Part shown: positions 9,880 to 19,840 of the stretch, piece by piece
Position numbering within the stretch: the first letter of the stretch is position 1
Layout: each line of letters begins with the position of its first letter
Assembly: GCA_965207065.1 (NCBI GenBank)
Contig: OZ242260.1
Coordinates: 32,001-96,000, forward strand
DNA length: 64,000 nucleotides
Direction of reading: 5' to 3'
Source: a bacterium
Lineage (GTDB): Bacteria > UBA8248
Made by a program: the position numbers and the translations under genes
Notes under the pieces: generated by a model
The model's input: only the letters and a program-made list of their open reading frames with translations
Databases searched by the model: none
Told to the model about the DNA's origin: nothing

Positions 9880-9921
9880 AACCCCCGGCCCCGGGCTCAG
9901 AGAGCCCGAGGCCAAAGGCGT
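9880..9921 (-). terminator. GC-rich hairpin between lipoprotein genes A1 and B1 (terminator or processing site)
   Basis: GGCCTCGGGCTC-tct-GAGCCCGGGGCC; identical at about 27866-27907; related hairpins follow B1, B2 and the 63-kb gene. Confidence 0.5.
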
Positions 9922-9930
9922 AGTGCGCTG

Positions 9931-11748
9931 TTACTCAGCCTTCCACGTGCCGAAGGAACCGAGGATTCTGATCGGGTCGTTCACGTTGCCCGGCGCGGAA
10001 GCGCCGAAGGTGCCGGCGGCGGTCGTGGGGTATTGCGTTTGAGCCGCAGTTCCCGTCGCGCTGCTGGGACCGTAGAACTGGCCGCCCCAGTTGCCGACCA
10101 TGGTCCTGCCCGCCAGGGTGCCCGAAACAGTGGAAGAGAAACCCCCGGCGTGGGTGCCACTATCATCGCCATCGATGATATTCGCCTTCTTGAGCGTCAG
10201 CATGCCCTCAACGTCTATGCCGCCGGCCTTGATGCCTGAGACGGTGCCGGTGACGGCGCCCAGAAGGTCATCACCTTCACTATCGCTGGTATCATCATCA
10301 GAATCAGCCCCGACGGTTCCGCCGAAGTTGGCCGTCAGGCTGACGTCCGCGTCGAAGTATTCGACCATGCCGCCCGCCGAGTACAGGCCAGTCGCGACCC
10401 CGTTATACGTTGCCGAGTCCTTGAGCCTGGCATTGACAGTGAATACATCGATGCCGCTCGCGAATGCGCCTGTGGCGGCTACGTTCGCGGCTTCCGTAGC
10501 GGTCGGAACCCTTAGCCAGACGCCCCAGGCCAAGTAGTCGCCATCGGCCATGGTCATCGTGCCGGTTGCTGGCAGGAACTCGTAGCCTTGAATTGCCACG
10601 AGTTCACCATCGTCGTTGACGCTTATGGAGCACACTCCGGCGGTGGGGCAGTCGAAGAGTCCCGAAACCGGAGGCGCGTTGTCTGCGATGTTTGAATTGT
10701 ACGTTCCTTCGAAGTCGCTTCCGTCACCCGGGATATCACCAGTAACTCCCGCAGTCACGCCGGCGTCTGTTGGAAGCGCCGTAGCCGTGCCGGATGGGGT
10801 CGCATACTGCGTCACTGTTTTAGTCGGCTGAATGTCCGTGTAGACGTTGGCGTAAGTCATGCTGGTGACAGTGCCTGTGTCGGGGCTTTTTCCTACGAGC
10901 TCGGTGCCCATCCAGCCGCCGCGCATCGTGAGCGACACCGGCTCTTCGCCTCTGGTTACCGCATCCGCATTGGCAGAGTCCAGCGTCACAGTTAATCTGG
11001 GTCCGCTTGCATTGTAAGTTGCTCTTGCGCTGGCGGCTAATGCCGCGGGAGTCTCAGCTACGGTTCGGCCTTGAGAAACGCTTCCACCCGTAACCTCAGC
11101 AATATTGGGGGTGACAGTAGTAACAGTAGGAGTATTGCCTACCGTGGCTACGGCAGCAGCCGAAGCGGCTAGCGCAGTTCCCACTCTCATCGCGTTGGAA
11201 ACAGGCTTGGGAACGGCGTCGCCCGTCTTGCCTTCCAGCACGGCGTTGTTGATCATTTGCTGATTCGTGATCTTGTTCGCCAGCATGGTGATCCCCAGAC
11301 CGCGCTTCATACCGGCTTCCATCGCCATGTCGCGGTACTTCTCGGCCGCTGTCTGGTGCGTCATGGCCATTGCGGAAGTCGTGGCCATCTCCGCCGCGTC
11401 GGAAGCTTCCTTGGCCATCGCCGCGTATTTGTACGCGTTCGACATCGCCACAGGGTCCACCGCGCTTTCTACATAATCCTTGGCCTTCATATAGGCCATC
11501 ATGGCGGCTTCCTGCGCGCCGCTCAGGGCGCCTTCTTCGGCAACTTCCGCGGCAGAGGAGCACGAACCGTCCGCGTTATACCGACCGCCGTCACCCTCAC
11601 ACATTTCCTGCTGGGTCGGCATGGCGGACGTCTCTTCTTCAACGGCGGCCGTTCCGCCGCCGCCGCCGCAGCCGGCCAGCGTCAGTGCGAACACCGCCGC
11701 CAAGGCATAAGCGTAAAGCTTGCTTATCGATTTCTCTTTGAACATCAT
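9931..11748 (-). CDS. Surface lipoprotein A1 with TbpB-like C-terminal beta-barrel
   Basis: Lipobox LAG-C, poly-Gly, DYLAWGVWL, ATYNGVATGLY, FDADVSLTANF, WGGQFYG, AAGTFGA...GSFG. Confidence 0.8.
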   Translation of the reverse strand: MMFKEKSISKLYAYALAAVFALTLAGCGGGGGTAAVEEETSAMPTQQEMCEGDGGRYNADGSCSSAAEVAEEGALSGAQEAAMMAYMKAKDYVESAVDPVAMSNAYKYAAMAKEASDAAEMATTSAMAMTHQTAAEKYRDMAMEAGMKRGLGITMLANKITNQQMINNAVLEGKTGDAVPKPVSNAMRVGTALAASAAAVATVGNTPTVTTVTPNIAEVTGGSVSQGRTVAETPAALAASARATYNASGPRLTVTLDSANADAVTRGEEPVSLTMRGGWMGTELVGKSPDTGTVTSMTYANVYTDIQPTKTVTQYATPSGTATALPTDAGVTAGVTGDIPGDGSDFEGTYNSNIADNAPPVSGLFDCPTAGVCSISVNDDGELVAIQGYEFLPATGTMTMADGDYLAWGVWLRVPTATEAANVAATGAFASGIDVFTVNARLKDSATYNGVATGLYSAGGMVEYFDADVSLTANFGGTVGADSDDDTSDSEGDDLLGAVTGTVSGIKAGGIDVEGMLTLKKANIIDGDDSGTHAGGFSSTVSGTLAGRTMVGNWGGQFYGPSSATGTAAQTQYPTTAAGTFGASAPGNVNDPIRILGSFGTWKAE

Positions 11749-12310
11749 TTAGTGAGTCCTCCTGATTACATAGAAAAAGGGATTTTCCTGCGAATTTCCG
11801 GCTTTTTAGATCGAGGACTCATTTGGAATAGCATTGAATTCTTATATCTCATTGATATTTATCTTGTTATATTTTTTTTATTATGGATTGGAATCTGTGT
11901 TTCAAGGCCCGTAATCAAAAAGATAGCGGATTCATTACAAGTTCTGCGCGCCCTGTCGCGCCGGTGTCGGGCGACGGTCGCGACGAAGCGGGCCCGACGG
12001 CCAAGCGGACACGGATGATTTTTTACGAGAAAAATTCGATCTCGAGTGGCGCTCATGCGCGCCGGGCGGCCTAATCTTCCGCCAGCTTGAATGGCCCCGG
12101 AAAAAAACGGGCCGGGGCCATGGGTTTTTCGGCAACCCTTTTTGATGTAGATTCGGTTCTCGCCCGATACGGCAGAATTTCCGTCGCACTCGTTTCTCCG
12201 GAGGTAGTCCCGTTTCGAAGCGATGGGGATGTACTCCATGTTCTTGTGGCGTGGAACTCCGCAAGCAGCGTTCTGCCCCGGATTGAGACAATATAGCGGA
12301 TGTGCTATAA

Positions 12311-12607
12311 GTGGAAGATGCAGAATGGACGGTCGAGACCGTATCCGGAGTCGATGACGAAATGGCGGCGTTGCCCGTCGGGTTGGGCGCCCGGCTGGTG
12401 CGGCTGTTGGAGATGTCGGTTTCGGGGCGCTTCGCGAACCGCACGCCAGGCACATAGAGAACCAGCTATGGGAATTGCGCGTCAGGGCGCAGGGGGGGAT
12501 CTGCGTGACGGCGGCGGGTCGTGGTTCTGCACGTTTTTGCGAAGAAGACGCGGATGACGCCGAGGCGGGCGCTGGCGGGGGAGCGTATGAAACAGGTGAC
12601 GTCATGA
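12311..12607 (+). pseudogene. RelE/Gp49-like toxin, frameshifted
   Basis: Fragments WTVETV..DEMAALP..ARLVRLLEM / LREPHARHIENQLWELRVR / VVLHVFAKKTRMTP lie in different frames. Confidence 0.7.
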
Positions 12608-12888
12608 CGAAGCTCGAGGATCTGAAGAAGCGTTTCATGGAAGACCCGGAATTCCGGGAAGAGTACGAGCGGGTCGATGAGGAATTCAGGCTGCTCGAGT
12701 CGCTGGTTCGCGCCCGCAGGGAAGCGAAGCTGACGCAGGCGGAACTCGCCCGGCGTCTCGGCACCACCCAGTCGGCCATCGCGCGCCTGGAGAGCGGCGG
12801 CGTCTCGCCATCCATCAGGACCCTGCGCCGCTATGCCGAGGCGATCGGCGCGCGGTTGAGCGTCGACTTGTCGCAGGCGGGCGGTTGA
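12604..12888 (+). CDS. XRE-family HTH antitoxin
   Basis: ARREAKLTQAELARRLGTTQSAIARLESG...PSIRTLRRYAEA; overlaps toxin remnant. Confidence 0.88.
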   Translation: MTKLEDLKKRFMEDPEFREEYERVDEEFRLLESLVRARREAKLTQAELARRLGTTQSAIARLESGGVSPSIRTLRRYAEAIGARLSVDLSQAGG

Positions 12889-13268
12889 GCGGAATTCCGT
12901 AGCGGTAGGGTGATTTTCGATATCGACGTCTCCTGCGGGCGACAACCTGCGGCGGCGCCTCTCCTGAAGGTGCGCACGCTTGGAATGACCCCCGCGCGGC
13001 AGTATCGCGAAGCGATGGTGTGAGGAGGACAGGACGATCCTGGCGGCGGTGGTCAATCCCGAGCGGCTCGCCGCTCTGCATAATTGGCCGCGGGCCACAT
13101 CGAGAGTGCGAAAAACCGGAAAACACAGGGCCGCCCTGACGAATCGACGGGAAAGTGGTAATAAAACCCGTCCCATTTCGACTGTCCATCAAACATGAAT
13201 TGATAAACGTCTTGGAAACGGCTAGATTTATCGTCGCCAAGTCGACCGAGAATCAAGGAGACAATCCC

Positions 13269-14075
13269 GTGAGGCTCGATGAATTCCTGGCCCGGCGCGC
13301 CGTGTTCACTGTGGAGGAGGTGGAGCGTTATCTCTCGGAGCGCGGGTCGGGAAATGCCCACACCCGCAAGTCGCTGCTGGCCTACCACCGCAGGCGCGGC
13401 CGGATCGTCCGCGTGCGCCGCGGCCTCTACGCGAGGGTTCCCCGGGGCATGGACCCCGAAACCACGCCGGTCGACCCGTACCTGGTGGCGGCCGGGGCGG
13501 CCCCGGATGCGGTGCTGGGCTACCACACGGCCCTGGAGTTTCACGGAAAGGCGTACTCGGTCCACTGGAGGCTGGTCTACGTCTCGGGGCGCAAGTCGCT
13601 TCCATTCGCGTTTCAGTCGCACGAGTACCGGCGCGCGCCGGTGCCGCCGCCGCTTGTGTCAAAAGGGGAGGAGATGTTCGGCGTCACCCGCCACGAGCGC
13701 TCCGGCGGGAAACTCCGGGTGACGGGCCACGAAAGAACCCTGGTGGACGTGCTGGACAGGCCGGACCTGGCCGGAAGCTGGGAGGAGATATGGCGGTCGC
13801 TGGAGTCGGTGGAGTTCTTCGACCTGGAGCAGGTCGTCGAGTACGCCCGCCTGCTCGGGAATGCGACCACGGCGGCGAAGGTGGGTTTTTTCCTCGACCG
13901 GCGCAGGGAGTCCCTGATGGTGGAAGAGGCCCATCTCGAATCCCTGCGCAGGCTGCGTCCCCGCCGGCCCCACCACATGACGCGGGGCAGGCCCCGGGGC
14001 TGCCGGCTGGTGAAGGACTGGAACCTGATGGTCCCGGATGAAATCCTGGAGCGCTCCTGGGGAGAGGCGTCGTGA
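13269..14075 (+). CDS. abiEi: AbiEi-like type IV TA antitoxin / transcriptional regulator
   Basis: AAGGAG RBS + GTG; IVRVRRGLY, VLGYHTALEFHG, VTGHERTLVDVLDRPDLAGSWEE. Confidence 0.82.
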   Translation: MRLDEFLARRAVFTVEEVERYLSERGSGNAHTRKSLLAYHRRRGRIVRVRRGLYARVPRGMDPETTPVDPYLVAAGAAPDAVLGYHTALEFHGKAYSVHWRLVYVSGRKSLPFAFQSHEYRRAPVPPPLVSKGEEMFGVTRHERSGGKLRVTGHERTLVDVLDRPDLAGSWEEIWRSLESVEFFDLEQVVEYARLLGNATTAAKVGFFLDRRRESLMVEEAHLESLRRLRPRRPHHMTRGRPRGCRLVKDWNLMVPDEILERSWGEAS

Positions 14076-15046
14076 GATTCTCCGCCCCGGATATCCTTCC
14101 CGCGGCCGGGGCCAACGGATTCAACGCGGAGGTCGTCGAGAAGGTATTGCACCTGATGCGTCTTTTGAACGCCCTGAACGCGCATCCCTACCTGAAGGGG
14201 AAATGGGTTCTGAAGGGCGGCACGGCCCTGAACCTGTTCGTTCTCCGCCACCCCCGGCTGTCGGTGGACATCGATCTCAACTACGTGGGCGCGCTGGAGC
14301 GCGGGAAAATGCTCGCGGCCCGGTCGAAAATGGATCAGGCGGCCGAGGCGGTCTTCTCCCGTGAGGGCTTCACGGTCCGCAGGAAGCTGGGCGAACACGC
14401 CGGCGGGAAGTGGCGGTTGAACTATCAGAGCTACACCGGGCGCTCGGGCAGCCTCGAAGTGGACGTGAATTTCATGTTCAGGCAACCGCTATGGGATATC
14501 CGCCATGCCGATTCGCATCCGCTCGGGGGTTTCAGGGCCGAAGGCGTTCCCCTTCTCGACCTGCACGAACTCGTGGCCGGCAAGCTCTCGGCGCTGTTTT
14601 CCCGCAGGCAGGCGAGAGACCTCTTCGATTGCCATCGCATACTCGATTCGGACCGACTCGATCACGAGCGGCTCCGGATCGCCTTTGTCGTCTACGGGGC
14701 GATGAACCGAAAGGACTGGCGGACCATCTCGATCGAAGACGTGGACTATGACGAGTCGGAGCTGGCCCGGCTGCTCACTCCCACTCTCCGGGTCCGCCGG
14801 CCGCCGGCGCAGGAGGAGACGCTCGCGGAATACGGGGCGCGACTGCTGGAGGAGTCCCGGAGAAGCCTCGCCTCGCTGTTGCCGTTCACCGAAGCCGAGC
14901 AGGCGTTCCTCGACCTCCTGTTGGACGAAGGGGAAATCGACGCGACGTACCTGACCTCCGATACATCCCTGCAGGAACGTATCCGGGTCCAGCCGCTTCT
15001 CGAGTGGAAGGCCATCAACGTGCGTCGCCACAAGGGGTCGTCCTGA
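14072..15046 (+). CDS. abiEii: AbiEii/AbiGii nucleotidyltransferase toxin
   Basis: VLKGGTALNLF...RLSVDIDLNY, K..AL.SR.QARDLFD. Confidence 0.88.
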   Translation: MRFSAPDILPAAGANGFNAEVVEKVLHLMRLLNALNAHPYLKGKWVLKGGTALNLFVLRHPRLSVDIDLNYVGALERGKMLAARSKMDQAAEAVFSREGFTVRRKLGEHAGGKWRLNYQSYTGRSGSLEVDVNFMFRQPLWDIRHADSHPLGGFRAEGVPLLDLHELVAGKLSALFSRRQARDLFDCHRILDSDRLDHERLRIAFVVYGAMNRKDWRTISIEDVDYDESELARLLTPTLRVRRPPAQEETLAEYGARLLEESRRSLASLLPFTEAEQAFLDLLLDEGEIDATYLTSDTSLQERIRVQPLLEWKAINVRRHKGSS

Positions 15047-15171
15047 AATGCAAGCAGCCCATGAACCGGGGAGCGAACGAATCTGAAATTCCATTTGCGC
15101 CCCTGCGGCGCCCGTTGCGCTTCGGTAATTACGGGCGCTGATGGGGTTTTCCCGGAACTCCTCGCGACGCG

Positions 15172-15903
15172 CTATCCGCCGGATTGTTCCCTGTGTTTTT
15201 CGATGGCGGCGAGCGCTTGTTCGCAATCTTCCGGGTCTTCCACGCGGCGCGCGGTATCGGCGGCGGCTTCGATCTGTCCGGCCTCGGCCTGCGCGACGGC
15301 GACGTCGCGGTACGCCCAGGAGCGGTAGAGCGGCTTGCCGATGCCGCCGGCCACAACGAGGGCGGCGGGGAAATCGCCCGCCTTCGCCCGGGCCGAGGCG
15401 ATTTCCTGCAGGGCCCAGGAGCGCCAGGAGGGGTCGCCGATCTCGCGAGCCGCCCGGACGGCGGCCGTGAATTCCCCCGCCCCGGCCAGGGACATGGCGT
15501 TTCGCCACGCCTTTTCGGAAACGCTCTTTTCGTCCCGGATCTCCTCGACGGCCTTCAGGGCGGCGTTCAGCGCATGGGAGGCGATGGCGGCGGCGGGACC
15601 GCTCCGGACGGCGGAGAAATGTTTGAGCGCCTCCCCCCGGTCCTCGGCGTCCTCGATGCGGCGAATCGTCTCTATGGCTTCGCTGATCTGCCCCGCCCGC
15701 GCCTGTTCGCAGGCGCGGGTGCTCCGTTGAATGGAGCGGCCGGTGATTTCGCCGAGAACCCGGGCGTTTGCGGCATCGGGCGAAAGCCCGCTCGCATCGT
15801 GCGTCTCCTCCGCGCCGCCGGGCGGGAGAGACGCCCGAGGGGGCTCCCCGGCTTCGCGCCGGGTCCCGAGCAACCGCCTGAAACTCCCCCAAATGCTTCT
15901 CAT
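15172..15903 (-). CDS. TPR/HEAT-like 33-aa repeat protein (paralog of 33541-34371)
   Basis: Repeats AG.F.AA...A..I.DP..RSWAL.EIA.AQA. Confidence 0.75.
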   Translation of the reverse strand: MRSIWGSFRRLLGTRREAGEPPRASLPPGGAEETHDASGLSPDAANARVLGEITGRSIQRSTRACEQARAGQISEAIETIRRIEDAEDRGEALKHFSAVRSGPAAAIASHALNAALKAVEEIRDEKSVSEKAWRNAMSLAGAGEFTAAVRAAREIGDPSWRSWALQEIASARAKAGDFPAALVVAGGIGKPLYRSWAYRDVAVAQAEAGQIEAAADTARRVEDPEDCEQALAAIEKHREQSGG

Positions 15904-16069
15904 CGGCTCCTCGCCCCTCCCGTCGGGCAGCGCTCGTCTCGACCCCGTATCGTCTTTCCAGGGGATTGACGCGGTGCGTGTTGCAAAATGTCATCTTTAA
16001 CGAGGAGTATCTTCGCATTCGTCTTGTTTTGCAAAAGGTTGTGAGCCTCGAGAAGGAGCGATCGGATTT

Positions 16070-16536
16070 TCACCGCGTTACCGGCGGGAAAACGCAGAAG
16101 ATGAAAGGGAAACAGACCCGGCGCCTGGGACTTCGTTTTGACGTTCCTTTCGGTTGGCCGCCGGCGCATGGCCGCGATTGCGGGGTCTTCCCCGTGGGCT
16201 GCGGGCGCCGTTCGTCCTTGAGGCGCCAGAACACGTCCGTTACCCAGAGCGGAGAGCACATCCTGACGAGATCCCAGGGCGTTTCATCGTTTTCGTCTCT
16301 CGCCGCCGGGTCGGCACCCGCCTGCGCCAGGGCCGTCAGGACGCCGGGGGTCTTGCCGAACGCCGCCTTGTGAAGAGGCGTCCATCCCCGTTCGTCACGC
16401 GCGTTGACGCCGGCTCCCTTCCGCAGACGGCGCAAGGCGTCGCTGCGCCTGCGCGCTCGAAGAATTCCCTCGTGTTCCAGGAATCATGGGAACATCCGGT
16501 CGTCATGACCATCTCTCCTGTTTCGTTGCGGGTCAT
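16070..16536 (-). pseudogene. Ankyrin repeat protein, collapsed to one repeat and frameshifted
   Basis: Same N-terminus (MTRNETGE...WNT.EFFERAGAA) and C-cap (TPWD.VRM.SPLW.T.VF.RLKD) as 34728-36389; frameshift near 16440. Confidence 0.78.
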
Positions 16537-16967
16537 CCGGGGCGGGACGTCCTCGGGGGGGAAAAGCGATTCCAGCACGAAAATCGCGCGCGAAACCCTT
16601 TCGGCGCACCTCGCCGAATCCCGCTTTGAGCGAACTGCATACGGATTCAGCGCGTGAAGAGCGTCCCGACGCCACGCCAAAGTTCAGGTCCGTGCCCATA
16701 CCTTTATATATAACCAAGGCAGCCCGAACCGCGCGGCGGGATAACTCTCGCAGACCGTCGGCCCGAATCAGGCTGGCTAATGGCGGCGACTCACGCAAAA
16801 CCGCACCGAATCGGGAGCGTCGACTCCTCTCCACCCAGGGACGGACGAAGCGTCGACCGGACCCACGCCTCGAGGGGAAAAATCTTTTCCGTGGGGTCCC
16901 CGTCGCATCCGGCTATCCGCCGCCGTTGCCGGGTGTAGTCTGGTGATGGCATGATCATCCCATTTCC

Positions 16968-17030
16968 GTGCAAATCACCATCAGAGGCATTCCCGAGGAA
17001 GTGCGGGACGAGCTTGCCGCGCGCGCGGCG
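16968..17030 (+). pseudogene. FitA-like RHH antitoxin 5' remnant
   Basis: MQITIRGIPEEVRDELAARAA, then abrupt junction. Confidence 0.6.
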
Positions 17031-17635
17031 TTCAGGATTCGTCCGGCTGCACGGGTCAGGCCCAGGTATCTGCCGCCGGTTCCGCTTCCCACCACGAACA
17101 GGGTCGGGTTCGCAATCCAGGTGCGCAACTGCCCGCCGCCGCCGCTCGCGACCTGCCGCAGGTAGGCGAGAACCTCCGCCTCAGGTGTCCCGTCGCGCAA
17201 CACGCCCCGGGAGAGAGCGACCCCGCCCCGCGCGCCCGCCGACTCGAGCGCCCGGCGCGGCGGCGCGACGTCGGCCCCCACGTGGAGGGTCGAACCGAAC
17301 GTCATGACCGGGGCGAGGTCGTGGTAGATCGACGCGTCCAGGTAGGGTTCGTAGCGGATGCCCGGGGGAAAGGCCGGGTCGACCCACAGGTGGGAGGGAA
17401 CGCCGGCCTCATCGCGGTTTTCGGGAAGCAGGGTGGCGTGCACCTCATCCTCCGTCCAGGGGACGTAGGCGGAGGGTGGGAGCGCGGCGCCGGGTTCGAC
17501 CAGCGGGGGCGGCCCCCCGCTCATCTCGGGGGGCGGAGCCCCGCTTCCCCCGCCGCAGGCGGCGAGGATGAAAAGAACGACCAGGACTCCCGCCGGGCGC
17601 GCAACGAAAAACCCGCGCCGCTTCATCTTGTGCAT
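17030..17635 (-). pseudogene. Truncated lipoprotein
   Basis: Signal peptide + LAA-CGGGSG lipobox; runs into the reverse complement of the FitA remnant. Confidence 0.6.
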
Positions 17636-17734
17636 CGCTCCGATCACGGCTCCTCCTCCCTCTCGCGTCCCACGCTTGCACCGCAGATTCAGGGGACAAT
17701 ATACCACGGGCGGGATTTTGCCGTTATCACTCCG

Positions 17735-18086
17735 TATACGCGCGCCAGCGCCCCACGGTCTTGTGCCGGACGACCGCTCCCGCCGCTGCGCACACCGACG
17801 AAGCCCTCCACCGCAACCACGTCGAGAACGGCTACCAGCCGCCTGTGCTTCGTTTGCAGTTCGCCGACCTCTTCGGCCAGTCTGGGAAACAATTCACCTT
17901 GAAACCGCTTCCAGATGTCGGTTCAACTCGATACTAGGGACATGGGGCGCTCCCTCCGCTTTCGGATGTTGTAGGGCTCATAACCACAACATGGTAGGGA
18001 ACGCCCCCTTGTCCACTTTAATCCCTCCAAGCCTCACTCAACCTTGCAACTTATCCCCTACTCCAATGGGGTTTTGCAAGAGGCTC
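17735..18086 (-). mobile_element. IS1182/IS5-like insertion sequence remnant (one end + transposase 5' fragment)
   Basis: End GAGCCTCTTGCAAAACCC at 18086; IWKRFQGELFPRLAEEVGEL...GRPAQDRGALAR with an early stop. Confidence 0.6.
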
Positions 18087-18156
18087 AATACTTATATACT
18101 TCTGGATGGCCCATATTCGGTACGTTTTCATGCGTACTTTCACGGCGGAGAAGAGA

Positions 18157-19001
18157 ATGTCGGAAGGAACTAGGAAAAATCCTGTTGTAGTGTCGATAAT
18201 CAACCTTAAAGGCGGCGTTGGAAAAACAACTGTTGCGGCTCTCTTGGCGAGATACGCTGCGCGTATGAATTTGAACGTGTTGGCGGTGGATTTGGATCCG
18301 CAAGCGAACCTGGGTCAGGCGCTCATGAGTGAAAACGATTACAAGCAGTTTATGGATAACGAAGAGCCTTCTATCGTGGAGCTTTTTAACGGTTATCGAG
18401 CACCGTCTCGTGAGCGATCAACTCCCGAGCCCTTGGGTCAAGTCAGAAAAAAAGTGGGGTACACAGAAAATTTGCATCTTATTCCGTCGAGATTTGATTC
18501 TCTGACAATCTGATTTCTTCTATCCGTGTCGATGAGCGAACTCTAGCTAAGTATATCGCCTATAATGAAATAGAAAAGGATATCGTGTTGATTGATTGCG
18601 CTCCGACTGAATCGATACTTACTAGGACGGCTTATCATGCATCACGGTATATTCTGGTTCCGGTGCGCTTGGAGTTTTTCTCCACAATCGGTTTTCCTTT
18701 GTTGAGAAAATCTTTAGATAAGTTCACGTCAGATCATTCCAGCCACGTCATAGAAGTGTGCGGTGTTCTTCTCAATGAACCACCTCGTGGGGTGGAGCGA
18801 TATGAAGCACGGAAAGAGATTCGTGAACAAGCTAAAGAGTACGGATGGCCTATTATGGATAATGAGATGTCCTATTCTACTGGATACCCTAAATTCATGA
18901 GAAGTGAATATGCTCCTTGGCCAGGTGATGCCCCGGAGGAATTCTCAAAAATTGCGGATGAGTTCCTGGAAATGATAGGCTTATCGCCACAGGGGAAGTA
19001 G
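18157..19001 (+). pseudogene. parA: ParA/Soj-family ATPase with one frameshift near 18500
   Basis: NLKGGVGKTT, AVDLDPQAN, LIDCAPT; adding one T at GATTCTCT restores RFDFSDNLI. Confidence 0.82.
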
Positions 19002-19003
19002 GT

Positions 19004-19477
19004 ATGAAAAAAACCACTTTGAAAACTCTGCTTTCATCTCTTGTTGACGACTGTGGCTATGAGGCGGTCAGCAAGACACTGGAGGATTTTAACCCTGAGC
19101 GGACGAGTTCCACCGCTTCAAAAAGATCCTCCGCCAAGCGGCCAAGAAAACAAAGAACGAAATCCAATGCGGTTGCTGTCGTAAATTCTCTGACTTTGCC
19201 GAATGAGGAAAAAAAGAGTGTCCTGATGGCGTTAGCAAGAAAATACGATGAAAAGACTTTCATGCCGAACGTCAACCATGTTCGAGCCTTCCTGGAGCAG
19301 GAGGGAAAAGATGTTTCGCGCATAAAATCCAGAGGGCAAGTCGTGTCCACCGTATTCAGGTGTCTGGCGGATTGGGAAATACCGAAATTGAGAGAACTGG
19401 ATGTACGGGGTATATACGGTCCCCAAAAATCGCTTTCCGTCATCGCCAAGGCGATAGAAACCGCTGGACGACAATAA
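19004..19477 (+). CDS. Hypothetical protein, probable ParA partner
   Basis: 157-aa ORF starting 2 nt after the parA stop. Confidence 0.65.
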   Translation: MKKTTLKTLLSSLVDDCGYEAVSKTLEDFNPERTSSTASKRSSAKRPRKQRTKSNAVAVVNSLTLPNEEKKSVLMALARKYDEKTFMPNVNHVRAFLEQEGKDVSRIKSRGQVVSTVFRCLADWEIPKLRELDVRGIYGPQKSLSVIAKAIETAGRQ

Positions 19478-19840
19478 CGCCAAGCTCAGCTGAACGAGGC
19501 GGGAAGAGCGGAAGGATTGAAAGCCGTGCATTCTCGGTAAAGCGATTGAGTTTTTCTGCCCCGCCATCATGGAGTGCTGCTCAACCGATCCCCCGAACCT
19601 CCCTGGCCCAGGCGTTCATGAACACCGTCCTGTCGGATTGGTTATGCCGATATCGGCATAATTTTGCCAAGTAGACTCCAATGGGTTAAGTTGGCCAAGA
19701 AAGCTGCAGACTGAAAGGCGTGCATCGCCCATACTCCTTGCCGCCCATACCCCGGCCTGCCAGGGCGCAGATAGGGTGTCTTAGGGAACGTAGAAATCTT
19801 TATTTCTACCATTGAGTATAAATACTCATGATTGTATCAT

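Noticed and set aside
9875-9938. Integron attC-like reading of the post-gene hairpin (TGAGTAAC...GTTCTCA)
   Set aside because: Does not fit RYYYAAC/GTTRRRY, no L boxes, no IntI-type integrase
11820-11900. Fur box in the AT-rich lipoprotein A promoter
   Set aside because: Only weak similarity to GATAATGATAATCATTATC, expected by chance in AT-rich DNA
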